A DNA stretch of 30,387 bases from Cyanophora paradoxa CCMP329. Its lineage: Eukaryota; Plantae; Glaucophyta. Location: positions 1-30,387 of the forward strand of contig QPMI01000343.1 in NCBI GenBank assembly GCA_004431415.1, read 5' to 3'. The notes beneath the pieces are model-generated. The model worked only from the letters and a program-made list of their open reading frames with translations, made no database searches and was not told the DNA's origin. The translations under genes and the position numbers were made by a program. Every line of letters begins with the position of its first letter. Within the stretch, counting starts at the first letter, position 1. This document shows, piece after piece, positions 11,718-27,600 of this stretch.

Positions 11718-12617
11718 ATGAGCCGACCCGCGCCAGCAGCGCCGGCGGTGCCGGAGGGAGCGAAGGCCGATGCGGATGGCTTCATAACCCTGCCCGGTAC
11801 GCGCATTGCCGCCGCAGACCTTTTTTTTTTGTTTTCGTGTAAACCACGTCGCAGCGACGCGCAGACCGGACGGAACCTGGAGGAAAGAGCGCCGAGTGCG
11901 CGCGGGGTGCTCGACGTCCACCCGCTCGGCTTGATCGCAGCTGAGTTTACCGTTCGCAGCTACGTGCCGCCGGACGAGCAACCTGTATTCGGTGCGACGA
12001 GGCGCCATTAACCGTCGATTGCCGAATGCCGATTCGAAGAGCCGTGGCGCAGAGAGCAGGGGCAAGGTTTGGCGTGAAGCGCAGAGCGACCTCCCCCCTG
12101 GCTATGTCCCCGACGAGAAGCCGAAACCAAAACCAGTGCGCGCGCGCCTCTCGCACACCCCATGAGTTTCTCCAGACGAGCGCAAGGCGTGCAGAAGGCC
12201 GAGAAAAAGGAAAAGGGGAAGGAGGAGAAATCGCCGGCCTCAGGCTCGGCGCCCAGCGGCGCTAAGAGTTCCGCGCCACCAGCTTCCTCGAAGCCTCAGG
12301 TACCTCAAGTCCAAGCCTTGTCCTCTGGACCTTTGCAGAGGCTGCAACCGCCCCACAGGCTCCTGCAACTGAGGAAAGCGAGCAAGATCCGAACAAGAAG
12401 GCCAAAAATCTCCAGAAGAAGGTCCGTGATGCCCTTGCATGCTTGCGGCCTTCCCATGACTCTCCCGTGACTATGGCGAAAAATACAGCTTCGACAAATC
12501 GAAGAGCTCGAGACGAAGGATCCCTCCACACTGAATGACGATCAGCGGGATAAGATAAAACAGAAACGTAGTATCGAAGAGGAAATCAAGCTGCTGCTTG
12601 AAAAGCTCTCTGTGTAG
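11718..12617 (+). CDS. PYM1: Partner of Y14 and Mago (PYM/WIBG)
   Basis: Spliced Mago-binding motif [27 protein letters not shown]. C-terminal KKAKNLQKK-LRQIEELE...LNDDQRDKI...EEEI. TAG at 12615-12617. Confidence 0.88.
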
Positions 12618-12659
12618 TTGACCGGGCATTTGTATGCGAACTAAACTGAATTCGAAACG

Positions 12660-12800
12660 TCCCAGCTACAAGTGTACGTGTGGGATGTACGTATATGTAT
12701 ATACATATACACTGTAGCGCTGCTGCCGCAGGCATGCGCACAGCCCACCAGCCGCTGAGCGCAGGCTAGTGGCCCAGTGGGCTGGGCCTGGCTACAGCTG
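12660..12800. mobile_element. Highly degenerate TIR remnant
   Basis: GCTACAAGTGT...GTGGGATGTAC...TACACTG...CAGCCCACCAG matches the left TIR with multiple palindromic insertions. Confidence 0.55.
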
Positions 12801-13023
12801 CAGGTGCCCGCAAGATTGCGAGGTGCGTACGCGTTGTCGCAGGCGTTCTATTGAGCACACATGTACAGTCCCTTCCTTGAATTCACCCCGTCCCCGTCTG
12901 TCCGAAGGCCTGGGTCGAACTTCCGCACTGCACATCACTGTTCAAATGTTGGATTGCTTGCATTTGTGGAAAGATGAGAGAAAGACATGAAAGGAAATTA
13001 CTGTCTAACCTCGCCCACTACTA

Positions 13024-14543
<1,520 letters not shown>

Positions 14544-15276
14544 TTTGGAGATATGTCTGCGCCGAGGACGCGCGGAGTCAGCACGAGGACGTCATCCGCC
14601 ATTTGGCTCTTCCAGCGCAGAGCAGCGCCGAAAACGTCGAGACTGCAGCGGAGAATGCAGCGGACGTGGTCTTAACGAACGCGCCCTGGCTGCCGTCGCC
14701 GAGTCGGGAGAGCAAAGACGCACCAAATTCTTCGAGAACCCTCGACTGACCGTACCCCCGGCCCGGCCCGCCGAGGCCGCACCCCCGGGAGGGGTATGCA
14801 TATGCTTGTGAACTGCAATTGCAATGTTAAACGTTGCATGCATATGCGCGCGCATGCATATTGCGTGCATGCGCGGCCGACGGCCCCCATGCCAGGCTAG
14901 CGCTGCCGATTGCGAGCTTCGGCGGGCTGAGCTGCCGCCGGCCGATCGCGAGCTCAAACGTGGGCTGCAGCTGAGCTCGAGCTCGAGGGGGCTGGCTGGG
15001 CCGGGCCCCGCGGCCGGGCCTGCAGCCCGCCTCACGCTGCAATAATTATAAAAGCTCCAGCGAGGCTCGCAAGTCGCGGCCGCACAAGAGAGCTGAAGAT
15101 GGGCGAGGAGCCTCATGTCCCCGTCTCACTGAGTCATGCAATTGAAATTGCAAATGCAAGGAGCTCCGGATTCGAATTCCGCAAGCTGCCGGCGCCTCAG
15201 GGCCTGCGGCAGCTGAACGTTAACTTCGGAAAGCAAGAGGCCGCGGGCGCATGTGCAGAGTTTGATCGATATCCCA

Positions 15277-16553
15277 GCATTTGGACACGTACTAAAAACG
15301 CAGGTCGACGTCCGGGCTAGCGCTACAAGTGTGGGAATGTACATGTACACTGTGGCCGCCGCGGCCGCGGGCCCAGCTGCACTGCGGCAGCCCACCGAGC
15401 TCACGCTCGGCCCGGCCAGCCGGACGTTGACAGTACGTGTAACTTAGTACGATTAATATTATTAGTACGTTGATCCCAGTTTTTAGTGCCAAACTCTAAT
15501 TCGTGCATTCGTCGTATAATCATAATCGTAATCGTTATCGTAACGCGCAGATCCAAAGACTGATCATGAGATGTCGACCGTCGGACGCCCTCATCGTAAT
15601 CCGATGATCGCAGATCCAAAGACGCCCTATAGCTAATCGTAATCGTAACGTGCAGATCCAATGACGCCCTCATCGTAACGTGCAGATCCAAATTTAAAGA
15701 CGCCCTAATCGTAATTATAATCGCAGATCCAGCGGGGGTGCTGGGGGTGAGATCCAGAGGGCGTCCTCTATCAGGGCACACCGAGGCAGAGGGCACACCG
15801 GGTTCGCGGCGCCGGCGCGCCGCGCCCGGGCGCCCAACCCGCGATATTTTCGATGGTCCTCTGATGCATCGTACGTTGCGCGCGCCCTTCGGCGCGCAGG
15901 CGCTCGCCTTTGGCGGGAGGCACGTCGATCGAGTGCGCCCCCGGCCCGCTCCCTTTGAAACCAAGGCTTTTTCGCCCCCTTTTTTGCCCTCCGGCGCACT
16001 GCGGCAGGCTGACTCCATGTCGGGCCCCCCACAGGGCCTGTAGGGGCTCCCGCCCAAGACGCGCCCCAGGTGCGCACTGCGCGCGCAGGTGCTCTGGAGC
16101 GTCGATCTGCTCGGCGGCTCAGCGGCTGACCATCCTCCGCCCGCGCAGGCGCTCCTCTGGGTGGGAGGCTCGTCGATCGAGTGCGCCCCCGTTTGATTTC
16201 ATTTGGATCTCAAGACCTTTCGATTTCGATCTGACCGCCTTTTTCGCCCCCCGGCGCAGGCTGACTCCATGTCGGGCCCCCTACAGGGCCTGTAGGGGCT
16301 CCCGCCACCGCGCCGAGACGACACCCGCCGCCACAAAGACGCGATGCAGCACCACGCCGTGCATGCGGGCACATGTAGCTATGTATACGTAGCTAGCTAG
16401 AGTGTCCGCGGGGAGGCGCATTACTCTCCTTAGGGGGCCTCGCAGGGCCCGGCCGGCCAGTTCGCTGGTGGGCTGGGCCCGCGGCCGCGGCGGCCGCAGT
16501 GTACATTCCCACACTTGTAGCCCGGACCTGCGTTTTAGTACGTGTCCAAATGC
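15277..16553. mobile_element. Apparently complete non-autonomous TIR element (~1.28 kb), superfamily unassigned
   Basis: Inverted termini GCATTTGGACACGTACTAAAA (15277) and TTTTAGTACGTGTCCAAATGC (16553). Inverted homology extends about 110-140 bp. No transposase ORF and no clear TSD. Confidence 0.75.
15521..15731. repeat. Subterminal array, five copies of about ATCGTAA..GCAGATCCAAAGACGCCCT
   Basis: GCAGATCCA recurs five times, at roughly 15547, 15610, 15652, 15682 and 15723. Confidence 0.85.
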
Positions 16554-16811
16554 GGAGGTGACTCGGTTCGTCGACGAGTCGAGGGTATGCGCACAAACAC
16601 GCATAAACTGCATTGGTTCAAGCTGTTCAACAGGAAAACTGCAGATCTACTCAGTGACTACTGAAAGGAAAGCTGATAGCTATAGAGCTCAGCGCATAGA
16701 ATTACAACGCCTCAAGACTGCCAGCGAGGTCAGCCCTCACGTACACGCAGCCCTCCCGCACTAGCCGTCGCTAGCACTAGGCGAGAGCTGGGAGCTGGTC
16801 GCCATCGCCCA

Positions 16812-17614
16812 TTACTCCTTTTTCTCGGCGGGCGCCGCGTTCATGGTCGACAGGAAGGTATTCCAGCCAACGCTGACGACGTTGATGTAGAGCACGCGCT
16901 GGTTCGACGGAATGAACTTGAAGTTGATCACGTGCGCCGCGGGCCAGAGCTTCCAGTTAGCCAGGAGCGTAGGCCACAGCTTCTGCTCGATGGTGGGGAT
17001 AACGTTGTCGGCGCGGCCGTTGATCGTCTCCATGAAGCCGAAGCTAGCATAGATTCATCAGCGCGCGTGGCCGAGATGGGCAGGGCGGGGTCGCTCACAA
17101 GATGGACGTGAAGATGGGCGCCCAGAACACCTGGTCGAAAGCGACCTTGGTGGCGACGGCGATAGTCGCCGTCGGCGTCTTCGGGAAGATGAGCTTGTCC
17201 ACAAGACCGTACCTGCGGCAAGAGACGCGCCCGGTCGAAGGGCGGCCCATCCGCCGCGGGTAACGCTTCACAGACGGCGCACCAGTAGTGGCCGACGGGG
17301 CCGTGGATGGTCGCGCCGAAGGCCATGAGCTTGGCAGTGCGTGCTGCGCCTCGCAGAATCAGCCGGCCGCCCGCCCACGGCGGGCCGCGAGATTCGCGCG
17401 CAGCCGCCACGGACCCGGGTCGTAGGCCTTGCCATTCCTGCGCGGCCGGGGCTCAGGAAACGCGGCCATCAGGCGATTCAGGGCCGTCGCACATCATGTC
17501 GGGGGACTGGGCGATGACATCGCCGAGGAAGAAGCCGACGGTCGACGTAAGGGTCTTCGTCAGGAGCGGCTTCGTCTCCAGCATGTTCATGTACTTTGCC
17601 CAGATGCCCGCCAT
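16812..17614 (-). CDS. Mpv17/PMP22 family membrane protein
   Basis: YMNMLETKPLLTKTLTS...GDVIAQ, GPVGHYWY, KVAFDQVFWAP, LLANWKLWPAAHVINFKFIP, VSVGWNTFLS. Confidence 0.93.
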
Positions 17615-17944
17615 TGCTTCTGACTGTGGGAGTGCCGAATTCGAAGCGCGGCCGACGAACAAGCCGTGAACGGGGGTATAAAGCCCTGTAGAGAGGGGGG
17701 TACGGCGAGCTTACGAACCAAGAACGCCCTCGGCCTATGGCCACACCGCTTGCGAACGGAGCGAGGTTCTTCTTGCGAGAGTGAGACCGCGGTGAAGGGG
17801 GCGAGCTCCCGGAGTCTCGGCGGCGGACTTACTACCCTCGTTATGAGGCAGCCACCTCTACCCCCCTTTCATTATTCCACCGGCCGACTTAGGCTCAGTT
17901 CGGCGAGGCCCACACAGACGCGGCGAGGCGTTTTAGGCTCAGCC

Positions 17945-20795
<2,851 letters not shown>

Positions 20796-21116
20796 ACGCC
20801 CCGTACTCCCTCGCCCCCCCGCGTCCACAGTGTATTTCCCAGAGTTTATCTAGGCCCCACGCCCCATCCGATGATCCGGCCGCCTCTTTCTTGGGATCAG
20901 TGCTTAGCTCTAGCCTATGAGATCCAGCAGGTAATTGCAGTGTCAAGTAGAGCTGTGCGTGGTCACAGTGTGTACTTTTGCGTCCTTGTAATTTTAATGT
21001 GAAACTTCCTAAATTAATTCTTTTCGTCTCCACGCTCCGAGGCTCCCGGCCCCGCCCATAGACATATATGGCCCCACCGTGGCACACGCGCGCCGGCGTG
21101 GCGCCACTGCAGCTGA

Positions 21117-21363
21117 CCTACTGTAGGAATGCTTAAATTGCCGCGTAGTTCAATTGCTGAATTCGACCAAAACCGGAATTTCCGTGGCGATAAATTGCCG
21201 AAACTCTGAATTTCTTCTAGATCTATGCATATGGCGCCATACAAAAGCGGCCGTTAACGTTCCGCCCCCTGAAAATTGCCGCGGCTCTAAATTGCCGAAC
21301 TTCGGAATTCGGCGTCTCGGCAATATACGGCAATTTAAAACATCGGCTTTTTAAAATAAAGGG
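21117..21363. repeat. AT-rich MITE-like segment with repeated AAATTGCCG motif
   Basis: AAATTGCCG four times forward (about 21135, 21192, 21273, 21289) and CGGCAAT twice inverted (about 21318, 21328). Confidence 0.5.
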
Positions 21364-23205
21364 CCACTTACTTGCCGCGCGCGTCAGTTGGGTCCGGGGA
21401 AGGGCATGTAACCGCGGCGTATCCGAAGATCTAGATGCAGAGAGCAGGGACTTAAGCATAAGCTTAAGCTTAAGAAGGCGCGCGGTGCACGTGGGCGGGC
21501 GAGCCGCCGGGCCGGCTCCGAGGCTGGCCATGCCAGGCGAGCTGTCCTCGCGATCATCGGATCGAGGCGAGCTGTCCTCTAAGAGGTAGGTAGGCCTCAG
21601 GGCCTAGCTATATAGGGCGCGGGCCCCGGGGGCGGGCCGGGGGATGGCTCGAAATTGAACCTTGTGTGGACGTGCTCGAGCTCCTGCGCATTCCCCGCGC
21701 GCGTGAGACGTGGCGGGTGCACGAGTGTGCATGTGCTGCGGGTGCGTCACAGCATGGCGCGGAGGCGCGCGGCGCCTAGGCCTAGGCCTAGGGGCTGGCC
21801 TAGGCCTCCGCGCGATCTGGGCGCGGGCGCGGGGACGCTGCTCAAGCTCACGCTCCGCTCAGAAAGCGACCGGAGGGTCCGTAAGGGCGCTTGCGCAGCG
21901 GGCCAGCTCATGATCAGCGGCTGCAGCAAGCATGCGCATCGCGCGCGCGCGGGGGCTCTGCGTCGCACGGCGCGCGCGCCGCGCGGGCGTCGGCTTGTTG
22001 CAAGTGGCATAGCCGGCCAAGTGCGGCCGGCTTGCGGCCGGCTTGTGCAATTGCGCATGCGTCGGGGCGTGCGCGGTTGGCGCGGGTGAAGCGTGCGCGG
22101 CTGGCGCGGCTAGCCGCTGAGCCACAGCAAGCTGCCGCGCGCGCGAGAGGCGTAACCATTTTTGAGCCGAGCCGAGCTACAGCGCCGGCGCCCGGGGAAG
22201 AAAGCGGCTGGGGGGGACCGTAAAAAGACTTTTGCAGGGTAAGTTCGCACTCTCCAATGTGATTGGCTAGCGCGCGCGGCGTCCTCCCACGCGACCGCGC
22301 TCGTGCCCGGCCTCGTTTCTGCAGAACGCATGTCAAGCATGATGCAAGCATTGACCTCGAACTGGTCTGGCCCGTATATCTGCTCCATGTGCGTCGCTAG
22401 ACCCATTTTTGTCCCGGGTGTTGGTGCCTGTTCCTGGATCACCCTTTGGTCGGACGGGACCGGGAGACACGGTTTCGGGGTCCCCTGGAGATGGGCTTTC
22501 AGGGTGTACCGCGCGGCCCGGGTTTTGAGGAGGTCGGGGAAACGCGATTTGGGGTAGGCCTAGGCTAGGGTTGGGCCCAATTGCAAAGGAGAGGGACAGG
22601 GGAAGTGTTTTACCCTTCCCCAAAAACAAAAAAGCAATCCTGCAGTACTAGTATTCCCGGGTCCGGCGCGGCGCCGCGGCACGGCCGCGGGCCCGGCGCG
22701 GGGTCTGCAGTCAGCGCTAGCCGCTGAGCTGCACTGCGGCAGCCGCTGAGCTGCAGGCAGCTTCAATTGCAAGGCTTCATAAGGCTTGGGCCGCCGGGCA
22801 GAAATCGAATCATCATGGCATGAATGAATTTTCAACTTGGCAATCTCAAGATCTGCCGGTGCATGCGTACGTGCCGCCGGGCCGCGCGCGCGCTGATCAT
22901 GAGCTGCAGCGGCCAGCCTGGCGCCGGCAGCCTGGCACGTGCCGCAGTGCACTGGCCATGACTTGCAGGGCCGGGCCTTAGCTGCCGCAGCCTGGCAGTG
23001 CAGCCCAGGCCCGCGGCCGGCCCGGGGCCTTGCGCGCGATCCGATCATCGGATGATCGATATCGTCGCCATATCGATCGCGATGCCGGCGCCGGCGCGAA
23101 CACCGACTCGGCGATATCGATCGAAGTGAGCGGACTCGAACTCTTCCCCCCTCGTTCTTCCCCCCTCCCTGTCTTTCTTTCAGTTCGACGTTCGGCCGCG
23201 GCACC

Positions 23206-24471
23206 ATGCTGTTCGTCGCGCCGGTGCTTTCCACGGCACGTTCGAATGCAGTAGGGCCGATTACGGCGCAGCGCTCTTCGTCCGCGCAGCTCGGATGTGA
23301 GCGCCAGCCCGAACGGCCCCGGCCCGCTGCTCACACTGTGCCGCGGCAGGCCGCGAACTCAGCGGAGTTTCCTTGCGGGGAGCGAGGAAATGGGAGCCCG
23401 CGAGCGGTCCGCTTACTGGCGCCGTGCGGGTATTCTGCAGCGCTGCCGGCGATGCAAAGCCTACACCCGTGATTGAGCTCAAGGGCGTGTCGTATCATCC
23501 CAGCGCATCCGTTCAGCCGATTCTGAGTAGCGTGGACCTCGCGCTGCCTCCGAGCTGGCTCGGCTTGATTGTCGGCGAGTCTGGCTCTGGCAAAACGGTG
23601 CGCCGCGCGCATGATGCTGTGGATGTGCATGATACGGCCGTGCAGACGCTTCTCGAGATCCTCGCTGGCCAGTCCGATCGCACGGGCGGGGAGATCGTCG
23701 GCGGGTGCGCGTTGCGTGGCGCCGCCCGTGCGCGCCGAGGTGAGGGTGCGTGCTCCAGGGACGGGAAGGCGCTGAAGTCGCAGGACCTGGCGGAGCGGAC
23801 GGGGCTGGTCTTCCAGTTCCCCGAGCGGCACTTCCTCGAGGGCACCGTCCAGGAGGAGCTCCGCTTCGGGCACCCCGAGTACACTCCGGTGCGCCGCCCC
23901 CCGCCCGCCCCGCGCAGCGGCCCGGCGAGCCGGCGCAGGAGCAATGCCAGGCAGCGCTGACGTCCGTCGGCCTTGGGGAGATCCCGTGGAACCAGGCGCC
24001 GCAGTCGCTGAGCGGCGGGCAGCAGCGGCGCCTCGCCGTCGCCGTCCAACTCCTACGCCGCCCCTACCTCCTCCTCCTCGACGGTTCGCCACGGCCCCGC
24101 GCCCCTTCCGCCGCCCCTCACCAGACCGCCCCTTCCGCCGCCCCACAGAGCCGACAGCGGGCCTGGGTGCGTACATGGCGCGCGCGCGCCCCCCGTGCAG
24201 CGTGACGCTGACGGGGGCTCCAGATTGGAGCATGCGGGAGCAGCTGCGACGGCTGCTGCTGGAGCTGAAGAAGGAGTGGAGCATCCTGGTGCGGGGCGGC
24301 GTTGCGGGCGGGGGGGGGGGGGGGGGGGGGGGTCGGGGGCGACGGGCGGCGCAGGTGGTGACGCACGACCCGAAGGACCTCCTCGAGGTCTCCGACGCCT
24401 GCTTCCGCCTCGCCGACGGCAAGCTCGCCCTCATCGACCCCGTCCGCGACCTCCAGGCCCCGCTCCCCTAG
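23206..24471 (+). CDS. Stand-alone ABC ATPase of ECF-A/CbiO type, ABCI11/NAP14-like, probably plastid-targeted
   Basis: Walker A GESGSGKT, LVFQFPERHF, signature LSGGQQRRLAVA, Walker B LLLLDEPTAGLDW, VVTHD. Ser/Arg/Ala-rich N-terminal extension starting MLF. Confidence 0.85.
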
Positions 24472-24649
24472 CCACCATCGCCCCCCCCCCTGTCTTCCGC
24501 CCCCCCCCCCCCCTCCCGGCGCCCCCTGTCACCGCGCATGTTCACCACTAGAGCGCGTGCTGCACCCGCCGGCGGCTGTGCGTTCCGGGACAGGCTGGGC
24601 GTTGCGGCTTGACGCAGTTCTGCATTCGGGACGGGCAAGTCGGCGAGCG

Positions 24650-27600
24650 CTACGCGGCCTGTGCCGAGGCCGGATCCCGGAAAGAGGTGGCCGGGGGCGG
24701 CGGGCGGCGCTTCTTGCTGAAGAAGTCGCCGGGGGCGGCCGGCGCGACCGCCTCTGCCGCCGCTTCCCCGCCCTCCGCCGCCTCGTACTTGCTCTTCTTC
24801 AGGGCAGACTTCGGCGCTGGTGGCGGCGGTGGCGCCGGCGGCGGAGGCGGCTCCCCCTGCCCCGCCGCGTCTGCGTGGGGCACGGGGGACGAAAGTGGCG
24901 CAGACGGGGGCTCTCCCGCAGCCTCCTGCCGTGCAGTGCGCGCTGGCTCTGCCAGGGGCGTAGGGGGCCCGGGAAGCCCTGAGGGCTGCGTGGCTACGGC
25001 GGGCTGCTCGCGGGCCGGGGCGGGCTCCGGGGCGGAGAAGGAGTAGTTCGGGGGCGGCGGGCGGCGCTTCTTGCCGAAGAAGTCTCCCGGCGGCGGCGCC
25101 TGTGCCGGCTCGCCCGGCGTCCACTCCTCCACGGGCGCCCGCGCCGCCTTGAGCGCCGAGCGCGCCGGCGGCTTCGGCGAGGGCGGCGGGGCACGATCCC
25201 CCTCCGGGGGGAGCGCGGCGCCAGCGGGAGGCGGTGCCTCGGGCGGCAGCGCCGGGACCTTTCCCTCGGGCTGCGCCCCAGGCCGCGACTCGGCCGGCGC
25301 CGCGGGAGCCTCCGGCGCTGCAGGCCGCCGAAAGGAGGTGGCCGGGGGCGGCGGGCGGCGCTTCTTGCTGAAGAAGTCGCCGGGGGCGGCCGGCGCGACC
25401 GCCTCTGCCGCCGCTTCCCCGCCCTCCGCCGCCTCGTACTTGCTCTTCTTCAGCGCAGACTTCGGCGCTGGTGGCGGCGGTGGCGCCGGCGGCGGAGGCG
25501 GCTCCGCCTGCCCCGCCGCAGGCGCCTCCGCCGCCGCTTCGGCTCTTCCCTCGGCGGCCTGGTCGGAACGCGAGGGCGGGAGCAGCTCCTCGTCGGCGCC
25601 GGGCGGCTTCGGGGCCTCAGGGCGGGGCGCCGGCCCAGGAGCGGGCGCTGCCTCGGGGGCCGAGGCGCGGGAGGCGAAGAGAGCGGCGAGGCGCTCCCCG
25701 GCCCAGCCCTTCATCACGCCACTCTCCTGCGGGGCGTCACGGGGCGCGGGGCCGGGGGCGGGGTGGGCGGGGCGGCGCACGGGGTCCTGGAAGGCGGGGG
25801 TCTTGCCCGAGGGCGGGGCGTTGGGGCGCGCCCGCTGCCCGGGGGCGTAGGCCTCCTTGGGGACGCGGGGCAGGTCGGGCCTGTGGAGCAGCGGGGCGAG
25901 CCGCGGGCCCTGCGACGCCGCCTGGTACACCTCCACCGCCTGCGCCGCCCCGGGCCCCCGGCCCCGCTGCTGCCCTCGCCGGAGCCCGGCCACGCGCCCG
26001 CGCCCGCTGCCCCAGCCCGAAGCCGCCTGCGCGCGGGCGTCACGGCGAGAGGGGGCGGGGGCGGGGCGGCGCGCACCGGCGCCGCGGCGGAGGAGGACGG
26101 GCTCGGAGGAGGAGGCGGCGAGGGGGCGGCGGGAGGCGCCCTCGGCGACGAGGTGCGAGCCGGCCTGCCAGATGCTCCTGTCCTCCAGCAGGGACTCCCC
26201 CGGGGCGAGCAGGTCGGGGCTCCCGCCGCCGCCAGCAGCCGCTCCAGCGCCGGCGAGCGCCGCCGGCCCTCGCCGAGCGGGGACGGCGAGCCGCGGGCCG
26301 CCGCGCTCGCGCTCGGGCGCGGCGGCGGGGCCGGCGGCAGGCGCGGGAAGGCGTCCGGCGGGAGAAGGTCGTCGGCGAGCGAGGCGCGCTTGCGCGGGGC
26401 GCCCCCGCCGGCGCCGAGCCGGCCCCGCGCGCGAGCATCACGGGCGAGGGGTACTGGGGCTGCGGGGCGCACCGCAGTGAGAGGGTGCGGGGGTGAGCGG
26501 GGCGGAGGGGCGGGGCGGACGCGGGGCCGGCGGGCCGGCGATGGAGTCGCGGAGGGCGAGGGCGGGGGCAGGGTGCGCGCGAGGGCCTCGGGGAGCGCCA
26601 GCCGCGAGCCTGCGCGCCCTCAGCCGCCGCCCGTCCCTCCGCCCGCCTCGCGCCCGCCGCCCCGCACCGATGTGGGAGAGCGATTTGTTCGCCCCGACGA
26701 AAACCGCCGCCGCCGCCGCCGCCTGCCGCGCCCCGCCGCCGCCTTTCCGGCATCGCGCGCCTCTTCCTCGCTCCCCGACGAAGCGCCCCCGCCGGCGCTC
26801 CCGCCCCCGCCGCGCTCCCGCCCGCCGCCGCCGTTGCGGGGACGCGGCGGGCGCGGAGGGCGCTTTGGAGGGGCCCTTGGCAGGGGCGGCGGCGGCGGCG
26901 GCGGCGGCCTCGCGCTTGGCGAGGCCGACTGGGAGGCGGTCGGGGGCGGCGGGGCGAGCAGGGCGCGGGGAGGGCCGCACGCGTCTTCTCGGAGACGGCG
27001 ACGATCTCGAACTCGCACGCCTCGAAGCCCCGCACCCCGATCACGAACCTGCGCGCGTGAGCGGCCGCCCCGCGCCGGCCCCGCCGCCGCCGCCGGCGCA
27101 CCAGCCGGCCTTGAAGTTGGGGTCCTCGGGGTAGACGGTGACGACGTCGTCGCCGGCGGCGGCGGAGCGCCAGGTCGCCGTCTCCTCGGTGGGGAGCGCG
27201 CCGGCGCCGGCGCACGAGACGAAGATGTCGGCGTCGCCCTGCGCGGGGCAGGGAGTCGGCGTGTGGGCGGGGTGGGCGGGGGCGGGGGCGGGGGCGGGGG
27301 CGGGCGCCTTGAGGGAGCGGACGGTGACCTGGAGGCGCTTGTGGCGCTGGTGGTGGTGGTACTTGAAGTACTGGTACTGTTGCCCCCGCGCCGCCCCCGC
27401 CACCGCCACCCCGGGCACCAGCACCACCACCGGCACCGCCCCCGCCGTCAGCCGGAACCGGTTCTCCCCGTCCCCGCTCCCCCGCACGCCCACGAAGATC
27501 ACCACGGGGACCTGCGCCGCCTCGGCGGGGGCGGGGCGGGGGCGGGGCGGGGGCGGGGCGGGCCTTCTCGAAGGTGAGGAGGATGCGGTCGTCGCCCTCA

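Noticed and set aside
15521-15731. CRISPR-like appearance of spaced repeats
   Set aside because: Units are adjacent and degenerate with no unique equal-length spacers, there are no cas genes, and the context is eukaryotic.
25763-27577. 604-aa plus-strand ORF and other long overlapping ORFs
   Set aside because: Stop-poor shadows of extreme GC content, antisense to the spliced gene.
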